DNA of 63,096 nt, counting the filler, from Octopus bimaculoides (taxonomy: Eukaryota): the NCBI RefSeq assembly GCF_001194135.2. It is 4 parts of 4 records of this genome, joined end to end, with 100 filler letters (N's around TTAATTAATTAA, not from the genome) between each part and the next. Parts side by side here need not be neighbours in the genome. Positions count along the whole stretch, not along the records: positions 22,590 to 45,282 come from NC_068981.1; positions 45,383 to 60,812 come from NC_068997.1; 2 more parts are not named here. One strand, 5' to 3'. The notes beneath the pieces were generated by a model. The model was given only the letters and a program-made list of their open reading frames with translations. It made no database searches and was not told where the DNA came from. The translations under genes were made by a program, and so were the position numbers. Of the stretch, positions 35,863-48,276 are shown piece by piece. Position 1 is the stretch's first letter, and every line of letters starts with the position of its first letter.

Positions 35863-38606
35863 TGTATGTATGTATGTACATATGTATGTATGTATGTATG
35901 TACGTATGTATGCATGTATGTATATACATTTGTATGTATGTACATTTGTACATATGCAAGTATGTATGTATGCATGCATACAAGCATATACTTCACATAC
36001 TCTTGTTATTAAAAGAATTATTTCCAGTTCAACCTGAAAAATTATCCCCATTATGCAAATATTTCTGTTTCTTCTTTTCAGATTATTTTTTGTTGGAGCC
36101 CGGAAAGGCCATCTTCCAGAATTATTAGCCATGATACACCTCGAAAATCTCACACCACTTCCAGCCATTTTATTTACAGTAGGTCATTTAGTTTATCTGG
36201 CTAACAAATTTCCTCATTAATCATTTAGAAATAGTTAACAAAAATTATCATTAAGATTCTGGAAAAAGACTGAAATATTCTTTGATATCCAAACACGTAT
36301 AAAATTATATATTCTAACAAATCATCATCCAGCTGGCAACTTATCCAGACCAACAAGTAAATAACTTTGGTCTTTCAATAACTATGTGTCACTTTACACA
36401 CCATGACTACAGGTAATAACGGTAGTTTAGTAACTGGACTTGTTGATCCTGGCTGTTCACAGTTTGTTGTCTGTTCATCCACTCAGCATCTAGTGATATT
36501 TACCATTGACTCAATAAGTTCATCTGCCAAAATAGTTCACATTCACCATGCTGCTTCCCATGATTTCAACATAGTACTACTCAAGTGGTTACCAAGTACT
36601 TGGCCTCTAAGGGGCCACTTGTGATTTAGTCTGGGGTTGTTTATTCTCATATTTAGAACTGACTTCTATTTACAGGCTAATTAACCCTGGGATCCTGACA
36701 AGCACTACTTCTGGGTCACAGGACCTAGGAACAATAATGGCTAAGATATGGTTTCACATTCCTCAAAACCTTGGAACTCCTGGACCAGAGCCCCATTATT
36801 GGATGCAGTTTGAAGTCATTTCCAGGACGTTCTTACAAATATCATTATTATATGTTGACTCAGTTTACAGCTCTTATTCATATTTTCTTCACAGTCCAAT
36901 GGAAAACTCTTTTATTTTCTGTGCTTTTAAAGGAAAATTGTGAATTAACTGGAACATTAGAGCCATGAACAAAATACCTAGCAGAATTTGTTCTGATTCT
37001 TTACTGTCTGACTTCAAATTCCCCAATCTCTACCTTTCAGCCTTCCGGGGTTGATAAATTAAGATACCAGTTCAGAGTGGTGGACTGTCAGAATTGCTAG
37101 AGTATTGGACAAAATGCTTTGCACTATGTGTTGTAGCTCTTTACATTCTGAGTATCCTGGCAGATGTGACTAACTCAGGATGGTGTCTTGTAAAAATACC
37201 CTAACAAAGTAATAAGAAACCATCATTGTATTTTCCAAGGAAAATTCCAAGACAAGCATATAACACTTATTAATAAAGGCTTTTAGAGTCATTCATTAAC
37301 CTGATGGCATAGGAAGAAATAAGTTAATGATATCTTAAAGGAATTAACAGACATATCTGCTAGAGATCTACTACAAGTAAATTCAAAAGCATAACCCAGT
37401 ACAATGAACAGTGCTAATAATAATAAGTGCTACTGCTATTATAGTGAGGGTACCTAGCCTTGAGGTTTGGGTGTTGAACTCATGATTGTTAGATCATGGA
37501 TTTTATTTTTGGACTGGAACAAGGTACATCTTATGTTGTCCCAATCCACTCAATTGAAAACAAATATCATCAGCAGTAGCTGGTGTCTGACTCAGTGATG
37601 GATCTCCCATTCAAAAAAACATCCTGTTCTCTCAGTCATTTAAATGCCATAGACACTAATAGGCCAGAGTTTATCCTATTTCCATGTCATTTAAGTGGCT
37701 CATAGTACAAAACTTCTGCCTTAATGGGATGACAATCCATCACAGGGTCATACACATCCACCCCACCAGCTCTTGCTTGTAGACCTCAAAGCAGATATTA
37801 ACATAACTGTTATAATTGTATCATTTGCATGCCATTTAAAATGCTTCAAACTACATCAAGAATATATCACAGTATAATTCTTCGACCACTTATCCTTGCT
37901 AACAGAATAATTAAAAGATGAAACCTAATTACAGCAGATATTAATTTCTTCCATTATTAATACATGTTTAATTACATTTCATAATATTGCCGTTATTTAA
38001 AATAAACTCATTAAATACCCAGGCTACTGCTGTACACTTTCATCATGTGCTTCGTTGAATCTATCCTTCTCGCCAAAGTAATGACAGCAGCTGTTAGTGT
38101 TAAAGATTTTAGAGCAGAAATAGGAGATTGTTATGTTCATGACACTGCCAACAGCATTAAAGATGTGATTGAAAAGAAAAAGTTCCAACCAGAATCCATA
38201 TAATTGGCTTACAGAAAATTGAAGTCCAACCTAAGGCACACTTCATGTATTTGGACACATTATTGTAGTAAATATTTTCAAGACTTGAATCATTATAAAA
38301 ATTCACATAATGTATTTTTTAAATTTGATATGGAGAAAATCATGAACATTCAAGCTATGAGCTAATTCTTATATAAATATAATTCTCTTTATCAGAATTT
38401 ATTAATATCTTCTGTACTTAATCGATAATTTCCTTCTCAAATTTTCTATTGTTTAGGGAACTCTGTCGTTATGCATGTTAGTTTCTGATGATGTACTGAC
38501 ATTGATTAACTATGTCAGTTTTGTCCAGTGGCTTTCAGTGGGGCTCTCCATTTTTGCCCTCGTTTATTTGCGATACACAAAGCCTAATCTACCAAGACCT
38601 TTAAAG
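23096..38606 (+). CDS. SLC7A8-like: SLC7-family L-type amino acid transporter light chain (LAT1/LAT2-like), partial: 8 internal coding exons, 882 nt = 294 aa
   Basis: Manually spliced exons give an uninterrupted frame [33 protein letters not shown]...AKILAL...[38 protein letters not shown]...[37 protein letters not shown]...[11 protein letters not shown]...KPNLPRPLK. All intron phases match and all junctions are GT-AG. It closely resembles recalled LAT2/LAT1 TM3-TM11 sequence; exact orthology is not resolved. Confidence 0.95.
24950..25200. repeat. Polypyrimidine (CCT/CTT)n tract in SLC7 intron 1
   Basis: Almost pure C/T on the + strand; 10-N gap inside. Confidence 0.9.
25825..26131 (+). mobile_element. 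Retroposon 3' end with (GAT)n tail
   Basis: ...CATCCAGCTG..GAAACTCTGCCAAATCAGATTGGAG...GGAAAGCGGACGTTAAACG(ATG)n. Other copies at 29340-29520 (+, CpG-decayed), 32014-32225 (-), 26335-26400 (-) and 42995-43045 (-). Confidence 0.8.
28167..28292 (+). CDS. SLC7A8-like: SLC7 exon B (126 nt, [41 protein letters not shown])
   Basis: tttcag|GC acceptor, AGAG|gtaagt donor. AKILAL carries the LAT1 K204-equivalent Lys. Confidence 0.95.
28963..29062 (+). CDS. SLC7A8-like: SLC7 exon C (100 nt, [32 protein letters not shown])
   Basis: ttctttcttag|GT acceptor, GGATG|gtatgc donor. TM6 start. Confidence 0.95.
29737..29781 (+). CDS. SLC7A8-like: SLC7 exon D (45 nt, [14 protein letters not shown])
   Basis: tttcag|G acceptor, TACAG|gtaata donor. 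Signature N(F/Y)VTEE..DPY. Confidence 0.95.
30867..30990 (+). CDS. SLC7A8-like: SLC7 exon E (124 nt, [41 protein letters not shown])
   Basis: ttaaag|G acceptor (AAG), GTG|gtaagt donor. Confidence 0.95.
31040..31250 (-). mobile_element. tRNA-SINE fragment (family of 48884-49224), CpG-decayed
   Basis: GGGTAAAGACCCTCT...GGATTGCACCTAGAAAGTTCCCCTCCGAGG shared with 48890-48960. Confidence 0.75.
32014..32225 (-). mobile_element. Retroposon 3' end, inverted copy of 25944-26131
   Basis: The reverse complement aligns by eye over ~190 bp with mostly matching bases; includes a small tandem duplication TGTAGTGGGTGCTTTTACGTG. Confidence 0.8.
33137..33240 (+). CDS. SLC7A8-like: SLC7 exon F (104 nt, [34 protein letters not shown])
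   Basis: ttccag|ATA acceptor, GGCAG|gtaaaa donor. TM8. Confidence 0.95.
34299..34520 (+). mobile_element. Short SINE (19147 family), CpG-decayed
   Basis: CTGGCAGAATTG...GACTTTGCCTTTCATCC...AAGTACCAGTTG, with TG/CA where the 19147 copy has CG. Confidence 0.75.
34676..34890 (+). mobile_element. Short SINE (19147 family), CpG-decayed
   Basis: CTGGCAGAATCATTAGCA...GAGTTCAAATTCC...GACTTTGCC. Confidence 0.75.
34946..35370. mobile_element. MITE, Tc1/mariner superfamily (Tc2/pogo-like ends), TA TSD
   Basis: TIRs CCGTAAATCCTCGAGTATAATCC and GGACTATACTCAAGGATTTACGG, flanked by TA on both sides; 425 bp, non-coding. Confidence 0.88.
36082..36178 (+). CDS. SLC7A8-like: SLC7 exon G (97 nt, [32 protein letters not shown])
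   Basis: cttcttttcag|A acceptor, ACA|gtaggt donor. GAR.GHLP motif. Confidence 0.95.
38457..38606 (+). CDS. SLC7A8-like: SLC7 exon H (150 nt, [50 protein letters not shown])
   Basis: gtttag|GGA acceptor, AAG|gtaagt donor. TM10-11 and the P..PRP.K motif. Confidence 0.95.
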
Positions 38607-40462
38607 GTAAGTTGCAGGCATGAACCTTTCTGAAGTTAATATGGAGTGTTGTTTTCTAACATGTAAAGCACCCATGCATTTAAATTTCATTAGAAACTTT
38701 GAATAGGGTCATAAATTAAATATCATCACAATTGTCTTTCATCGTGTTCTATGCCAGTTTAGTTTCAATTCCTCATTTTCTGTTATAATTCTATTCACTT
38801 TTAGGATGCATTATAAAAATATAAATCAGCTACTGTACTTTTTCTTTTACATACTGACTCTGGAAGGAGGGACAGGGCCCATAATCTTTATAGGCCTTGA
38901 GTGACCAATAAACCTGGCACTGTTAATATTCCATTTAAATTGTTGCCAACCAAAACCTGCAAGAAAGACATGAGCAGGGAGAAGGTTCCATAAGGTTGAT
39001 ATTCTGGGAAGGACAGTGCTTAGTGGTTAGTGTAGGAGTTGGTGGTTGGGGAGTAAATTGAATGTAACAGGGGTGATGAGAAGTGATGAGATGAGTGGTT
39101 TGGGGTGCCTAAGTGTGGGAGGTATAAGGCCAACCAACTCCAAGGAACAGAGGTCATTATAATAGTAATAGAAAGAAAAAAAAAGAGACAGCACACCTGT
39201 AGGCTAGAGATTGGAGCATGTTTGTTAGTGCACCCAATATGTAAAACTATACCACCATGAATCTATTTCTGTATGTGCAGCTCATTATGTTTATCTGGAG
39301 TGAATAGGTGAGATAATATTTTTAGGATGTTATAATGCACTCTGAAGTGTTATACACATGTCTTTATGTTTTGAAGTGGAATTTTTTCATGTTGTGACAA
39401 AGATTGTCAACTGTCAGGGCTAAAGTTTGCTGCAACAACAAACTCTATTCCAGATGGGCTTTCATTTTCAATATTTATATTTGTTGTGTATATATTTGGT
39501 CTGTGGATGTGATCTGCAGAGAGCCTGTGATGATACATTGTTTACTGCTCTGAGTTCATTAGGTGGGGGGAGAAAGATTGGGGCTTCAGGCAAGACTAGC
39601 ATAATCATTGATAGATTTAATGTATTACTGTTGGTTGTTTGTCACTAAGAATGAAGATAATGGATTTGGTAAATACAACTTTAAGTCAAGCCTTGGCATG
39701 ATTTTTGCAGTTAAAAATGTTTATTTTGCAAACATGTTATCACAGATTCAATTCCAGCATCTTGAGCAAGTGTCTTCCTGTCATAGCCATGAGTTGTCTA
39801 AGACCTTGTGAATAAAATTTTGTTGATAGAAACTGCATAAAAGTCCATCAAACACACATGCGTATGTATGTATGTGTGTGTGTGTGTGCCCATACATGCA
39901 TGTATGTATATATCTTTTGCCAATGTATATCAACAGAACTAGTATCTGACCTCTTAGAAATTTGTAGCCCATGATGCTATTGTTCCCAAAATGTAACATA
40001 AAACAAGAAAAGAATAGACTCAATCTCTTGTTTTGAAGCCAGGTCTCTATGTGTGATTAATGTAGTCTAGGAATTGTTGTGTGAAAGTATCAGAAAAATA
40101 GTAGCAAGATGCAAGTGTGATATCATCTATGTATAAGACTACGTATATTTTGAAGAGGTGTTGAAAGATCATGTAGGTAAAAAGGTTGAAAAGAATGGGT
40201 GAGATAGCAGGTACTTGTTATACCCCATTCAGATGGTAGCAAGGTGGAATTACAAATACTGAAAGTGGAGCTTTTGTGTATACTACATAGACTTCATGAG
40301 CAGACAGGCAGTGGCGGCGGCAATGGTGGTGGTGGTGGCAGCATCGGTAGTGGTAGTGGTCTCAGTAGTAGGTGGTTTGTTATATTATAATTGCTGGTTA
40401 TGGAATAGTAATGCTGTGGATTTGGTTGTTGTCATGATGATGATGATGATGATGATAATAAT

Positions 40463-40496
<34 letters not shown>

Positions 40497-41158
40497 GAGA
40501 TATATATGTGTAAGGGTGAGAGCAACAAAATAAGAATGAACATAAACTGTAAAACATTTCAAAGGATTTGCCAATCTTTTGTTGTCAGTTGTTTTATTTA
40601 TTCTTNNNNNNNNNNNNNNNNNNNNNNNNNNNNNNNNNNNNNNNNNNNNNNNNNNNNNNNNNNNNNNNNNNNNNNNNNNNNNNNNNNNNNNNNNNNNNNN
40701 NNNNNNNNNNNNNNNNNNNNNNNNNNNNNNNNNNNNNNNNNNNNNNNNNNNNNNNNNNNNNNNNNNNNNNNNNNNNNNNNNNNNNNNNNNNNNNNNNNNN
40801 NNNNNNNNNNNNNNNNNNNNNNNNNNNNNNNNNNNNNNNNNNNNNNNNNNNNNNNNNNNNNNNNNNNNNNNNNNNNNNNNNNNNNNNNNNNNNNNNNNNN
40901 NNNNNNNNNNNNNNNNNNNNNNNNNNNNNNNNNNNNNNNNNNNNNNNNNNNNNNNNNNNNNNNNNNNNNNNNNNNNNNNNNNNNNNNNNNNNNNNNNNNN
41001 NNNNNNNNNNNNNNNNNNNNNNNNNNNNNNNNNNNNNNNNNNNNNNNNNNNNNNNNNNNNNNNNNNNNNNNNNNNNNNNNNNNNNNNNNNNNNNNNNNNN
41101 NNNNNNNNNNNNNNNNNNNNNNNNNNNNNNNNNNNNNNNNNNNNNNNNNNNNNNNNNN

Positions 41159-41196
<38 letters not shown>

Positions 41197-41430
41197 GTAT
41201 ATATATATATATACACACACATGTTTCTATATATATACACACACACACACATACATACATACATACATGCATACATACATATATACATATGTACATATAA
41301 ACATACGTACATACATACATATATGTATGCATGTATGTATATATATATACTAAATGAATAAATATTCGAAAATATTTATATAGATATTATTATTATCATT
41401 AATGAAATGAATAATAACAACAATAATATA

Positions 41431-41739
41431 GGTGGATTTGGTAGACAGAAACTGAAAAAAGCCTGTCATATGTATGTATGTGTGTATGTATGTATGTATG
41501 TATGTGTTTGTGTGTGTGTGTGTGTGTGTGTATGTATTTGTGTATCTGTGTTTGTCCCGCCATCGTCACTTGACAACCAATGTTGGTGTGTTTACATCCC
41601 CATAACTTAGCAGTTCAGCAAAAGAGACCTATAGAATAAATACTAAGCTTACAAAGAATAAGTCCTGGGGTCAATTTGTTCGACTAAAGGCGGTGCTCCA
41701 GCATGGCTACAGTCAAATGACTGAAACAAGTGAAAGAAT
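41431..41739 (+). mobile_element. Microsatellite-containing SINE (5' truncated)
   Basis: GGATTTGGTAGACAGAAACTG...(TG)n...ACAACCAATGTTGGTG...CAGTCAAATGACTGAAACAAG. Confidence 0.8.
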
Positions 41740-41748
41740 ATATATATT

Positions 41749-42760
41749 TCCCTCAAGGAAATGCCAGAAATGTTTCATGGCTAAATAAGCAGTCAAAAGT
41801 TCTCTACTGAAGGTGCTATACTTTGACTCTGCTAGTTTGAGGCATTTAGAAAAAAAAGAAGTGGTTGTCAAGCATTTAGATCAAACTATTGCAAAATTCT
41901 ACTAATTCCTACACCTGATCTATCAGCCATTGATGATAAGGGTGCATCTGGAACAGGGTGAGCCAAAAGCATAACTCTTGATAGCTTGTCCTTAATATCC
42001 TCAAAAGCTTTTAGTTGAGTAGAATTTAATGATATCAGTTCATTTTTTTTCTTTCTATTATGTAAAAGTTCCATGAAGGGAACAATTGTTTCAGTGCAAT
42101 GTGGAATAAATCTTGTATAGAAGTTTATCAAACCGAGAAATTCTCGTAACTTTGTTACAGAAGAAGGTACTGGAATATCATGAATAGCATCAATCTTATC
42201 CTGCAATGGACATATTCCATCTTTATCAATTACATGTCTCAGAAAAGTGATGGAAGAAAGACCAAAACCAGATTTATTTGCATTAATTATCCAGCATGTT
42301 AGAGGTCAATTGCTTTAAAGTAAGAATTGGATATACTGATAAAAAATAAAATGTCTAAATATTTGAGACAATGTATTGTTAATACAATCATTATTTTACA
42401 GACTGATAACCTTATTTTTAGAGATGAAATTATGCTGTAATAGATTGGTATATGTATGGTGAACACTGACATTCAAAATGATGACTCACATATTTATTCT
42501 AAATACATTCCAAAAGATTCTAACAGGAATATACTAATCACTGTTATGTTCATCATAGGAGAAGAGCTTCTTCTTTACAATAAATATGTTCATAGCACAC
42601 TTGATTCATTAGTACAATGGAATCTGGGACACCTATGTTTTGACATGTGGTATCTCATCAGGCTGAAGTACCCCAGACCAAAGAACCTAACTACAGCTGT
42701 GGCCTTGTTTATGATTTCACTGAAAAATACTTTAATACTCTACAGTTTGATCTTTGATTG
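41749..42760 (-). mobile_element. Ty3/Gypsy pol remnant (RT end to RNase H)
   Basis: INANKSGFGLSSITFLRHVIDKDGICPLQDKIDAIHDIPVPSSVTKLREFLGLINFYTRFIPH...KAFEDIKDKLS...LAHP and SKYSTFSRELLTAYLAMKHFWHFLEG. The portion above ~42330 is weakly recognisable. Confidence 0.88.
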
Positions 42761-43109
42761 TCACCAATTATTATATTCCCTTATGTGTGCATAGCACCAT
42801 ACTGGATTCAGAATTAGAACCCTTACTTTTTTTTTATTTCATCAAGGCTTAGTTGATAAGTGTGTTCATCCCTTATTTAGAAATAAAGATTTTAAGCTTA
42901 AATCCAGTCCAGTACAATTTACATATCCAGAATCAGACACCAGATGATGATCACAGATCAAACAAATCAAATCAAAATATAGCATAGATAATCATCCTCA
43001 TCATTGTTTTAACATCCACTTTTCCATGCTTGCATGGGCTGGATTAAAACATTTTTCCTCTCTAAAGATGAGATTGATAGCTCAAGAAATTACAATCATA
43101 TTAATTTAT

Positions 43110-43325
43110 ATCGGTTTCAAATTTTAGCAAAAGGTCAGAAATTTTAGGGAGGGAGAAAATCAATTACATCAACCCCAGTACTCAACTGGTAATTATTTTA
43201 TTGATCCCAAAATGATGAAATGTAAAGTTGACTTTGGCAGTATTTGAACTCAGAACACAAAGACAGATGAAATGCCACTAAGCGTTTTGCCTGGTGTGGT
43301 AACAATTCTGCCAGCTCTCCACCTT
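43110..43325 (-). mobile_element. Short SINE (19147 family), CpG-decayed
   Basis: CCCCAGTACTCAACTGG...TTTGAACTCAGAA...CTGCCAGCTC. Confidence 0.75.
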
Positions 43326-45030
43326 CATATTAGTTTATATCAATATCATTATATCTTTTTAATTTTTCATCAAGTTTTGCAGGATTTTTTAAATTTCTTT
43401 TAAATCATTATTTCTGAGTAAGAAGGTAACACTTCTGTCTCATGGGAATTTACTCAGATGAAATTTGTTGGGATGGTGCATTAAAAGATATAGCTATGAT
43501 TATTGGAGATCTTGAAATATTAGCAATTAATGCATTAGTGGAAAATAACAGCTACCTTCTTTATTCTACTATGAATTGTTGCAATCAATCAATGAAAGAG
43601 GGAGCTTCTGTGTAGTTACTCAAAATGACAGCCAAATCTTTCTCAAATCACACTCTGCTATTTTAAAAAGAGATGTGTAGTCCTAGATATGCAGTAAGAC
43701 AGGATAGCTTTGGCAGGAATATCTTTGATGATAGATCTATTCAGTCAGTTCTGATAATAGTAAATATGCTTCTTTTTTCTTTTTTACATAAAAATGTTTT
43801 TTTTTTCATGTGTCAAAATTCTTTGTAGATAACTTACTTTCAATAACTAACTAAAATATCATTGGCATAACTTAAAACATACAAAGAAAAATTTTATCTA
43901 ATATTTTTTTTTTTAAATTGCTTCTAGTATTGAATAACCATTACACAATAAAATCTGTTGTAAATTACATTTGTTTTTCCTATTATCATAATTTTTTAAA
44001 TAAAAGAAAATGAAACAATTTCCCTTTTGAAAAGCTTGCCTGGCTTATAATAGAAGTTTCAAAGTGAAATGTTATTCAAAAATATTCCATTTAAAAGTAC
44101 ACTATTATACAAACAAATGAGAAACATGCATACAAAAAATTCCTTTCATAACAATTGCATATATTTGTTGCCCGCATAACTAATCCACCTACTTACAACT
44201 TAAGATTTACTAATGAAAATATGCAATATATTGAAAACAAAGTAGATTCGCTAATAATTTCTATTATGTTATCAGTTTTATATATTCAAAAAGATTTTCC
44301 ATTGTAACCATTTTTATTGGTATGCTACAAATGCCATTTTAGTGCGTAAGCCTTACAACCAAGGAATTTCTAATGATTAGTAGTCCCCATAAACATAATA
44401 AAAGTCATAGTAATATGATATTTCTTTTTGTTTTTATTAACCTAATTTAAAATAGCTTAATTATATATCAGAATGATTTAGCTAAGTTATTGTTAAAATA
44501 GTTTAGCAAAGTCAGACTATTAACCTCAAGCAATTAATGGTATTGTTCTCCATAGTCATACTATTGAAACCTTACATCATTTAGCATCTGTTTTCCTTGA
44601 TGATATGGGTTGGAGATTAAACATCTATTTTCTGTTCTGGGATATGTTGGATATAAAGGCTATGAGTTCAAAACCATCCTAGTAAAAATAGAGCAACTGA
44701 GAATGGCCAAACATTAAACAAATTCAACCACAACAAAGTACAGAGATATATGATTAAAGAGATTGATGATCAGGAAATTGTAAAATGATTTTTAAAATTA
44801 TATACCACTCTGATTTCCTGATATAATAATTAATGTTATAGACAGTTATAAGCAACTACGTCCTTCTTCACCACGGGCCTCTCTCTTACTCAGTGATTGC
44901 CAATATGATTTCTGTAGAGCCAAATCATTAACAGAACTCCTGACATTTGATTTTTTTTACACTGAAAGCAATCTTGCTGTATTTGACATCAGCAAAACCT
45001 TCAATAGTAGTTGTCATGAGAACTTCCTTC

Positions 45031-45072
<42 letters not shown>

Positions 45073-45079
45073 GAAAAAT

Positions 45080-45282
45080 AATGACAGGATATAGGATGCA
45101 CCACCCAAAATCTGACATAGAAAGGCTATATATACAACGCACAGAAGGTGGCAGGGGTCTTATACAGCTAGAAAACTATTATAAAATAACCACTATAGGA
45201 CTGCAAAAATACCTACTCCAGAAGCAAGGGAAACTAATACAAATAGCCACAAAACACGAGCAAAACAAAAAACTGTTTTCAG
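45080..45282 (+). mobile_element. R4/Dong-like LINE fragment
   Basis: HHPKSDIERLYIQRTEGGRGLIQLE motif, open up to the spacer. Confidence 0.8.
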
Positions 45283-45382
45283 NNNNNNNNNNNNNNNNNN
45301 NNNNNNNNNNNNNNNNNNNNNNNNNNTTAATTAATTAANNNNNNNNNNNNNNNNNNNNNNNNNNNNNNNNNNNNNNNNNNNN
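45283..45382. other. Artificial scaffold-join spacer
   Basis: 44 N + TTAATTAATTAA (45327-45338) + 44 N. Confidence 0.92.
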
Positions 45383-45499
45383 TCCGTACGTACGTACGTA
45401 CGTATATACATTGCATGTATGTATAATTCTTAAGTATTTTTTCGTAGCTTAAAAAATAATAGAATATCAGTAAAAAACCTCCTATCAAAAAAAAAAAAA

Positions 45500-46420
45500 A
45501 AAAAGTGGAAAGTTACTGGAGATCAATTTGGAAAAGGAATATGATGGATTTAATGGAAAGGCTGAATGGATAGATAAGTCAGAACAGGTCTACTGCAAAC
45601 ATTTCAAACAAAGACTCTACAAAACTGATGGTGCAGTACTTGAAATGGTCCTGAGAAAAATACGAAACAGGAAATCTCCAGGCCCAGGTCTTATTACACT
45701 GTATTGATTAAAAAGCGTCAACTTACATCGGCACGATCTAATAAAACTGTTTGGGAAGAATAGCAAAGGCACATTGAACATACCGACATGGCTGTCAACA
45801 GCTATCGCCCTTATCGTTCGTAAAAATAGTCAAACAACTGTGGCTAAAAGTTACCGCCCGGTAGTCTGTCGAAACCTCATGTATAAAATGTACACGAGCA
45901 GCATCAACTTGTTTCTACATTACGATTGTATCACAAACAATATTATAACGCCAGAACAAGCTGAAAGAAATAAGTAAATGTGAGGGTTTATTTAGTACCA
46001 CAAGTTAGCAAAATGATACAAGAAAGAGAATTAACGCTGGCTATAATATGGCTGGATGATCAAAAATATCTGTGATAGTATACTATATGAGTGGATTATC
46101 AAGGCACTGCAATTAGCCCAAGTACAGTCACCACATAGCTGCAATCCACCACCTCATTAAAAGCTGGTACACCTGACTTCTAAGAGGCGACGATGAAGAC
46201 CTCAGATCTGACACAATACACGACCAGAATACCATTTATGACATCCCACTTCGAAGGCTACCTCCATGCAAGTCAAGAACAAGAGATCTCCACCAAGTAC
46301 CTACAGCATAGAAGGCAGACAACACTGACAGACAACAAATGTAGGTGATGCAAAACTAAAACTGAAGACATTAACCACATTATTGCCGACTCTATTACAG
46401 CTGGAATTCATTTCGTCACG
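45500..46420 (+). mobile_element. R4/Dong-like LINE remnant (RT N-terminus and zinc-knuckle region)
   Basis: KSPGPG; IPTWLSTAIALIVRKNSQTTVAKSYRPVVCRNLMYKMYTS...NNIITPEQ; DNKCR*CKTKTEDINHIIA; many stops. Confidence 0.7.
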
Positions 46421-48276
46421 GATCTAACGAAAACATCAACAATAATAATGATAATAACAAAGACGGCTGGTACTTATTGCATCGAGTTCTCAGAAAGATG
46501 AAAGTGAAGTTTTGTCACTGTCGAGATTTGAACTCCGAAAGCAAAGAGATGTAGTTCATAACAAATCTTCAAAGAGAAGTGAAGCACCTTGTAAATGTAG
46601 ACATAAAAATATAAGTAGAAATAACGTTGATGGAAAACTTATGAAGTTGCACAAAAGTCATGTTTGTAATAGAAGACATATACGCAGGCAACACATGTTC
46701 TGTACATATTTTATTTGACGTCGTTCACGTTGCTGAAACACTCGAGAAGGCGGAGGACTAAGACAGTGTGAAGCATATTATATAGCAACACTTCACTTTT
46801 GGCTATGTTCACATATCTTAATAGACACTATTTCTATTTCAAGCCATGTTTAACGAAACTGGCGAGAGTAATGGCGGTTTTCTGAGATTCAGGATATTGT
46901 AAAAACACTTTGTAATGTAAAATGGAGGGAAGTAAAAGGAAAAGAAAAAAAGAAAGAAAGAACGGAGAAGAAAAAGAAAACAATTTCAGGAAAGAAGAGA
47001 AAGAATGAGAAGAAAGATTGAAAAGAAGTAACAGAAAGAAAGATTGAAAAGATGTAACAAAGAAAGATTGAAAATAAATTGGTTATTTACGTAGAGCTGT
47101 AGAAATAATGTTAAACCATTCGACAGAGTTTTGATCATACAGAAATACTCATATATGAACAAAAATATGCATGCATACGCATATAGTCGCATACACGCGC
47201 ACAATGGTTTAGACACCAATACAATTTCAATTAAGTATTTATATATACATATATGCTAATTTATATATGTGTGTGTTTGTGTTTGTGTGCATGTATGTGT
47301 TTTCTGTATGTTTGTGTAAAGATGTGGGGAATCAAGATGAGCAGAAATGGTTGACTGGGACGGCTTTGTAGCAAATAGATATCTCTGCACAATAACAAAG
47401 GCCGGTAGGATATCATGACCTGAGAGAAATTGAAGAGGAAAAGTAGTGGATTTAGGGAACCAATGTGCAAAAGTAGAATGGAAGGCAGACGAACGAAGGA
47501 AAATATCGTTGAAATGTTTGGAACAATGGAATCAGCTTGACTGTGGTTCATCTTGAGATCGATATACAATATATTTTCATCCACAATAAATCTTACAGGT
47601 GGAGCTGGAGTGACATTTATCGCTATAAGTATGGCGGCAACGCATGGTTGGATTACATCATGGCAACATGGAAGACATCCATAACTTGACAATGGTGGCA
47701 AAATAAGCAAAAACTGAATGTCATTGCTGGAGCATTAACCAGTGGTGGTTCGTGATCAGTGAGCGTAAGATTGACACTCTGTGAATTTTCTTTACGAAAG
47801 GCGACAAAATACACTTCAAGAGCAGAAGTAAAACATTATGAAGACCGGGACTTCTGAATGGCGCAAAAGATTGGAACGTAATGTTTGCTGAAAGTTCTTC
47901 AATTTTCAGGCCACATCGAAATAACGAATAAGATGAATGACGTGGATCTCAAGTTAATGTAGCCATAGGAAAGTGATTTGGAGTTTGCACATGAAAGCTT
48001 GAAGGATTGAGGGAGTCATGAATTACAAAGATTACAGGGTATCGTACTTCTAGTCGAAGTCATATATCACGCGTTTAAAGCTAAATCCATCATATCCCAC
48101 ATGGTCGCCATTAAGTTCAAGGACTGAAAACTTGTAGTTGTTGAGTTTCAGCGGGAAATAGATAAAACCTTTTAACAAATGCAACAGAGACGCATGAAAG
48201 AAATACCAAAGTTGATGGCGAAGGACAAATCCACTTCAACTTCAACAATTGGTTAAATAAAATAGATGTTTTTGCT

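Noticed and set aside
39427-39648. ORF/ttccag|ATGGGC as the next SLC7 exon (MGFHFQYLYLLCIYLV...)
   Set aside because: Hydrophobic only superficially. It lacks the expected P..F....FL..VP and G.PVY motifs and has no convincing donor.
47261-47760. 149-aa minus ORF and hydrophobic-looking plus frames
   Set aside because: No recognisable domain. Faint R4-type endonuclease words on the + strand (DIMT*EKLKRK) suggest LINE debris, but too weakly to annotate.
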